Part shown: positions 60,801 through 64,000 of the stretch, piece by piece | How positions within the stretch are numbered: position 1 is the first letter of the stretch | Layout of the letters: each line of letters begins with the position of its first letter | Assembly (NCBI GenBank): GCA_004764695.1 | Contig: SMSO01000035.1 | Location: 434,001-498,000, forward strand | Origin: Schizochytrium sp. TIO01 | Lineage: Eukaryota > Protista > Bigyra: Labyrinthulomycetes | Length of the DNA stretch: 64,000 nt | Reading direction: 5' to 3' | The notes under the pieces: model-generated | Databases searched by the model: none | Seen by the model: only the letters and a program-made list of their open reading frames with translations | Told to the model about the DNA's origin: nothing | Translations under genes and position numbers: made by a program

Positions 60801-63052
60801 AGTCTCCCCGGAGGAAGGATTCATCACAATCAAATAACGAAGAAGGTTTGCAAAGCTCGGCGCCTATGGATTTTAGCATGAGTACTTTCCAACGCCTTCT
60901 TTATTCTAGTCGTGTGACTGTTCTTGAGTGTATGATTGGAAACTTAAACCTTCTTCGAACTATGCAAGGCCCTTTACTGGAGTTTCCAGATGCTATGCAG
61001 GTGTTTGTCAGGCAGGGCTTTACCATGGACCAAGGTGGACAAATTGTTCTCGAAAGGAATAAACGCTGCCCAGGAGTGCGCGGGACAGATTTTTTTCTGT
61101 CATCTGATGAGGTCATTCAGCGTATTCCACATGATCAGGAGTGGATTATCACCATGCGTAGTAGCTGGCAGTTTATGACAGAGTGCCCAGCTGTGGGGAA
61201 ATATCTCCAAAAGTTCTCGACGCTGGATCTAATGAGAATATTGCATTCCAATAGCGAAGTGGTAGATGTTCAACATGATGATGAAGATCTATCTGTCATT
61301 AATTTGGAGAAACCAGCAGCGGCAGCGACACTGGTAGCGCCGTGTGATCTTGATAGTGATAGTGATTCTGATGATGAGAATGAGGACAACCTTACCTTGG
61401 CTCAACTCACAACAGCGTATGTAAAGCCGAGTTCCTCAAATGATGATGATAGTGACTCAGAATTTGAGCTTGAAGATAACGTCGGTGCGAAGGTTCGGAA
61501 GGTCATGCGTCCAACCATCCGCAAGCTATCGATGGATTCTGACCCGTCTTTACTGAACGCTAAAGCTCGTTCCGAAGATATTCGCTCATATCTTAAGCCC
61601 ACTTCTGTACCTACTTTGACACCATCCTTGAAATCTGTTGAACCTCCACGAGGTGCAGCGGTGTCAGCGTCTTCGACTCGAGATAGATCAGCTTCGATTT
61701 TGTCTCAAACTTCGTCACAAATTAGCGAACAACTTATCATGGATTCTAGTGATGATGATGATGATGATGACAGTGGTGGCGGCGACGACGCTACGAATGT
61801 CGTTGGTCAAAATGGCGGCATGAGGAGCGAGGCTAATAATAAACAATACGCAGATGGGAAGAATAGCCAACAAACCGGCTATCTGATTCCTCCTGTGGTG
61901 CCAACAACAAATTCCTTGGAAACTCGCAAAAAGAGGTCAGGATCTTCTGACTCAAGCTCTTCCGACTCGACTAGTTCTTCCGACTCGAGCTCTTCTGGTT
62001 CAAGCTCTGACTCAGGAGATTCAGCTGATAATAGGAGTGTACGGAGTGCGCAGGGTGGTTTGCTAGGGCCACTTCGTCAGAGTCTTGAAAACCTTGCTAG
62101 CGCTGTGGAAGAATTAGCGGGTTCTCAGAGTGCGGAAGAAGAGTTTTTGACTACTGCTGAACTCCTCTTTTGCACGTTGGCAGTTAGTGGTCGACACTCC
62201 ATTCGTCGCATTAACAAAAAGTGCGGCTTGGATCTTTTAGTAATTGACGAAGCTGCTCAGGCTGTGGAAGCAGAGACGTGGGTTGCTCTGCAGTCTCTCC
62301 CGGCACGCCTATTGCTTGTTGGTGACCCGAAACAACTCTCTGCAACTGTAACATCAAATCGTGCTAGTGAGCTTGGTTTTGGGCGATCGCTTATGGAACG
62401 TCTCATGTGGGGCCTGGAGTTACCCTACGACCTTCTGATGGTACAGTATCGCATGCACCCAGCCATCTCTAAATTCCCTGTGGAATACTTTTATGAATCT
62501 CGACTAGTGGACGGTCCGAACGTAGTGAATGCCCCGCCACCAGATTGGTTTTCTGCGAAGAATCGTATGAGTCAATGGTATGGGCCGTATGTGTTCTTGG
62601 ATATACAACGCGGTTGCGAGTCTCAAGGGAACGATTTGAGCTATGTAAATCAGGAGGAGGCAGTAATGGTGGCAAGGGTTGCACAAAATTTGGTTCAGCG
62701 CGGCGTGGATGTGCGCAAGGAGGTAATCGTTATTACATTTTACGCGGGCCAAGTTCGAGCAATTACGTCGGAGTTGAAACGTCACCATGTGGACGGAGTC
62801 ATGGTTTCTACAGTAGACAGTTTCCAGGGCTCAGAGGCAAATGTAGTTATTCTCTCTTTTGTTCGAGCTAACTCGTCAGGGCGTATTGGATTTCTGGCAG
62901 ATATGCGTCGCCTGAACGTCGCTCTCACACGGGCGAAACAGTCTTTAGTTCTTATTGGTCACGGCGAGACGCTTGCACGCTCAAGAAATGAGTGCATTGA
63001 AACTTTGGTCAAGGATGCCAAGAGCCGCGGAGTCTTTCAAGAAATGACCTAA
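57893..63052 (+). CDS. Upf1-like superfamily 1 helicase (Sen1/senataxin-like) with RS-rich N-terminus and a large internal insertion
   Basis: LNISQ (Q motif), WQGPPGSGKS (I), CGPSN (Ia), LVIDEAAQ (II), LVGDPKQL (III), SLMERL, QYRMHPAIS, ITFYAGQV, STVDSFQGSE (V), GFLADMRRLNVALTRAK (VI). First ATG at 57893. Confidence 0.92.
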   Translation: MAPGRNLHAGRASQGEQRSTRGGRNGPSRGRGDARGQPKAPLKRQRSGSRGPINEDGGELQQSTVGRSSTSGRNSYRGEAEVIVNKRRLPDEPSSQSNNNRSSRQSRGSSRGLSDHGYTADISTDKEGEDDRRGSRRILEKGDPFSKKNYRRETSNAYKNSSEAPRQSQSSNMARQSKSYTDSPLSSQYRTGNSRSNRDPELRSGIPRAEGSPRHGMSRSRDGSSHTVRRRSRSPSSVRPPDPFSRKNHRRQTADEYDENSRYSQPSSRTNPRSDSSLSSQSRSRSSRPHRDSDSRSSNPQAERSSRQGMLKNEDGASDRSRYRSRSPLPTQSRDKYYVSQSNGHKTSPTARDSNSSKRSADDSAPNLARSIGSTSKRLRASSSRSSAVGDNDREQASRPSGSSRNSRFSSQDPYDNSRRNSTRNQDSAGRRNSDSNILVSDPGLATWTCPAYSLSPSKFNNAILLELRAMEAARAKNTKHEVRGLQKVPTNFDDGASERELIFRPLILEESLQTVCAGLRPLVRRRHATTYEIKLLKIPTPSNNKATQLRFQILTPTTQLAHRAMHISTPYLIQPKDTRVRDRWLVGLVTSKCRAMSDGILELDVLVPVNLDSFDNQFVVDSVWQARPGPGLVMYERMYSAQVEGKLPFIRQILGMKESKHVLFADSDVEGMSEDEIVTHDSIRTNSEMLKAFRDSTFKKELNISQCTAIESVLRYDHASCKRKIFMWQGPPGSGKSSTLSRLLAFMSSQASHSSSHVRVMVCGPSNQSVHVLVNKVQVLCSSHQIRCPAIALSAVDESVPEHLYDIFVHRVFATWAQRIRFLVDKLADAEAEQSLTLLLDTIWQRVPHTMQALRQKQNLASKDNLLMLVKACAMSMRRRASQAGTPMDGESQIAMLRQDVKKAAEKVRSKSKTTDAKSSVLSRTTLDPVDEEEGDEIYADESDNSDVQVVEVRSFDSQKNMVNASPAQSPRRKDSSQSNNEEGLQSSAPMDFSMSTFQRLLYSSRVTVLECMIGNLNLLRTMQGPLLEFPDAMQVFVRQGFTMDQGGQIVLERNKRCPGVRGTDFFLSSDEVIQRIPHDQEWIITMRSSWQFMTECPAVGKYLQKFSTLDLMRILHSNSEVVDVQHDDEDLSVINLEKPAAAATLVAPCDLDSDSDSDDENEDNLTLAQLTTAYVKPSSSNDDDSDSEFELEDNVGAKVRKVMRPTIRKLSMDSDPSLLNAKARSEDIRSYLKPTSVPTLTPSLKSVEPPRGAAVSASSTRDRSASILSQTSSQISEQLIMDSSDDDDDDDSGGGDDATNVVGQNGGMRSEANNKQYADGKNSQQTGYLIPPVVPTTNSLETRKKRSGSSDSSSSDSTSSSDSSSSGSSSDSGDSADNRSVRSAQGGLLGPLRQSLENLASAVEELAGSQSAEEEFLTTAELLFCTLAVSGRHSIRRINKKCGLDLLVIDEAAQAVEAETWVALQSLPARLLLVGDPKQLSATVTSNRASELGFGRSLMERLMWGLELPYDLLMVQYRMHPAISKFPVEYFYESRLVDGPNVVNAPPPDWFSAKNRMSQWYGPYVFLDIQRGCESQGNDLSYVNQEEAVMVARVAQNLVQRGVDVRKEVIVITFYAGQVRAITSELKRHHVDGVMVSTVDSFQGSEANVVILSFVRANSSGRIGFLADMRRLNVALTRAKQSLVLIGHGETLARSRNECIETLVKDAKSRGVFQEMT

Positions 63053-63567
63053 AGGTCATGATGTTTTGTTTTTGTAGTTCTGCGCTTACACTAAATTCTA
63101 TTTTTGATGCCTTTATTTTTTATTCTTTTCCTTTGATTCTTTTATTTCTCAATCATCAAATATAGTCGTGTGGTTGTCTGTGTAGTAAAACGAACTCGCT
63201 ACAATTGTTATCTACAGGAACTAGAGGATCGTTTGAAAAGCTAGTCTGCAAACTTTTTCATAGGGTATCTGGCAGTAGTACTCGTATCAAATGTCTCAAA
63301 TGATCAAGAATAACTCATTTTCACAAAGATAACTGAATAACTGACAAGTGTGAGAGGACGAAGAGTAGGAAAGGAAAAATAAAATGAACGAAGGTGTAGA
63401 TTGGTGGTACAAACATAGCCATGTTGATGGAGATGGAAGATGCCGTCTACACGCGCTACATTTCCTGAAGGAACGAGGCACGAGGGGGGGGGGGTGGAGG
63501 GGACTTATTTGTCTACTTTTTGAAGACTCCTGGGCACTTCCGTGTCATTCTTAGTCTGATCTAGACT

Positions 63568-63999
63568 CTAATTATCGATCATTACTGCATCGCAGAAGAG
63601 ATTCGAAAAGTGTTGGTCTGAGGGAATAGTAGTGAGCTCAGGATTCTTTTGCAAGACGTGAATGTAGTCACGAAATTGGCGGTAAGTTACGCTAGAGTCT
63701 GTTTCGGGAAATTTATCCTTCAGAGTGCCGAGAATAATGCTGTAATTCTCGGCACCAACAAGTTGAGAGGTTTCTTCAACCTTTTCCATGAGCTGCTCAA
63801 CAGTAACTTGACCTTCTCGGCTTTCTTCCTTCAACATGGCGAACATTTCCTGCATATCGTTTTCTTCGGGGTCCATGAACAGGAGGGGAACCATACCGAG
63901 AATACACCCAATGCAAATACCGATCGAAGTGGCGATAAAGTTCAATAGGCGAACCTTCCGTGTTTGCATTTGCTGAAGGGTCAATTTAGGGTCCTTGAG
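63568..63999 (-). CDS. TMEM65-like membrane protein with degenerate EF-hand-like C-terminus, 5'-partial
   Basis: Frame is open to the window edge (LKDPKLTLQQM..). 'ATSIGICIGCILGMVPLLFM' matches the TMEM65 C-terminal helix. It is followed by 'QEMFAMLKEESREGQVTVEQL' and 'DSSVTYRQF' EF-like segments. Confidence 0.75.
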   Translation of the reverse strand, partial: LKDPKLTLQQMQTRKVRLLNFIATSIGICIGCILGMVPLLFMDPEENDMQEMFAMLKEESREGQVTVEQLMEKVEETSQLVGAENYSIILGTLKDKFPETDSSVTYRQFRDYIHVLQKNPELTTIPSDQHFSNLFCDAVMIDN

Positions 64000-64000
64000 A

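Overview
Eukaryotic nuclear DNA, not prokaryotic. Genes are essentially intron-free and use the standard code. Long AT-rich intergenic tracts are full of tetranucleotide microsatellites, and the proteins look stramenopile-like, so a labyrinthulomycete/thraustochytrid-type protist is my inference. Eleven credible protein genes occur in this order: a 5'-partial TOG/CLASP-N (TOGARAM-like) protein, a SHAQKYF-class Myb transcription factor, a WW-WW-RGS protein (split over two frames), a J-domain protein, an orphan coiled-coil/acidic protein, CDC48/VCP, an ALYREF-type UAP56-binding-motif + RGG + dsRBD protein, DHX29 (split by a 1-nt frameshift), a bacterial-type aryl-sulfate sulfotransferase, a 1.7k-aa Sen1/Upf1-like SF1 helicase with a very large insertion, and a 5'-partial TMEM65-like protein. 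A ~19.7 kb gene desert lies upstream of the Myb gene. It holds microsatellites, a clustered GCTCTGAG motif and decayed ORF relics. A small hairpin-containing repeat array sits at 28.5-28.8 kb. I found no rRNA, tRNA, CRISPR, intact transposase/RT or viral hallmark genes. I cannot demonstrate a complete novel system. The best leads are unusual domain architectures (UBM-RGG-dsRBD, WW-RGS, inserted SF1 helicase), the horizontally acquired-looking ASST and the repeat array. All family calls come from motif recognition by eye; no database search was run.
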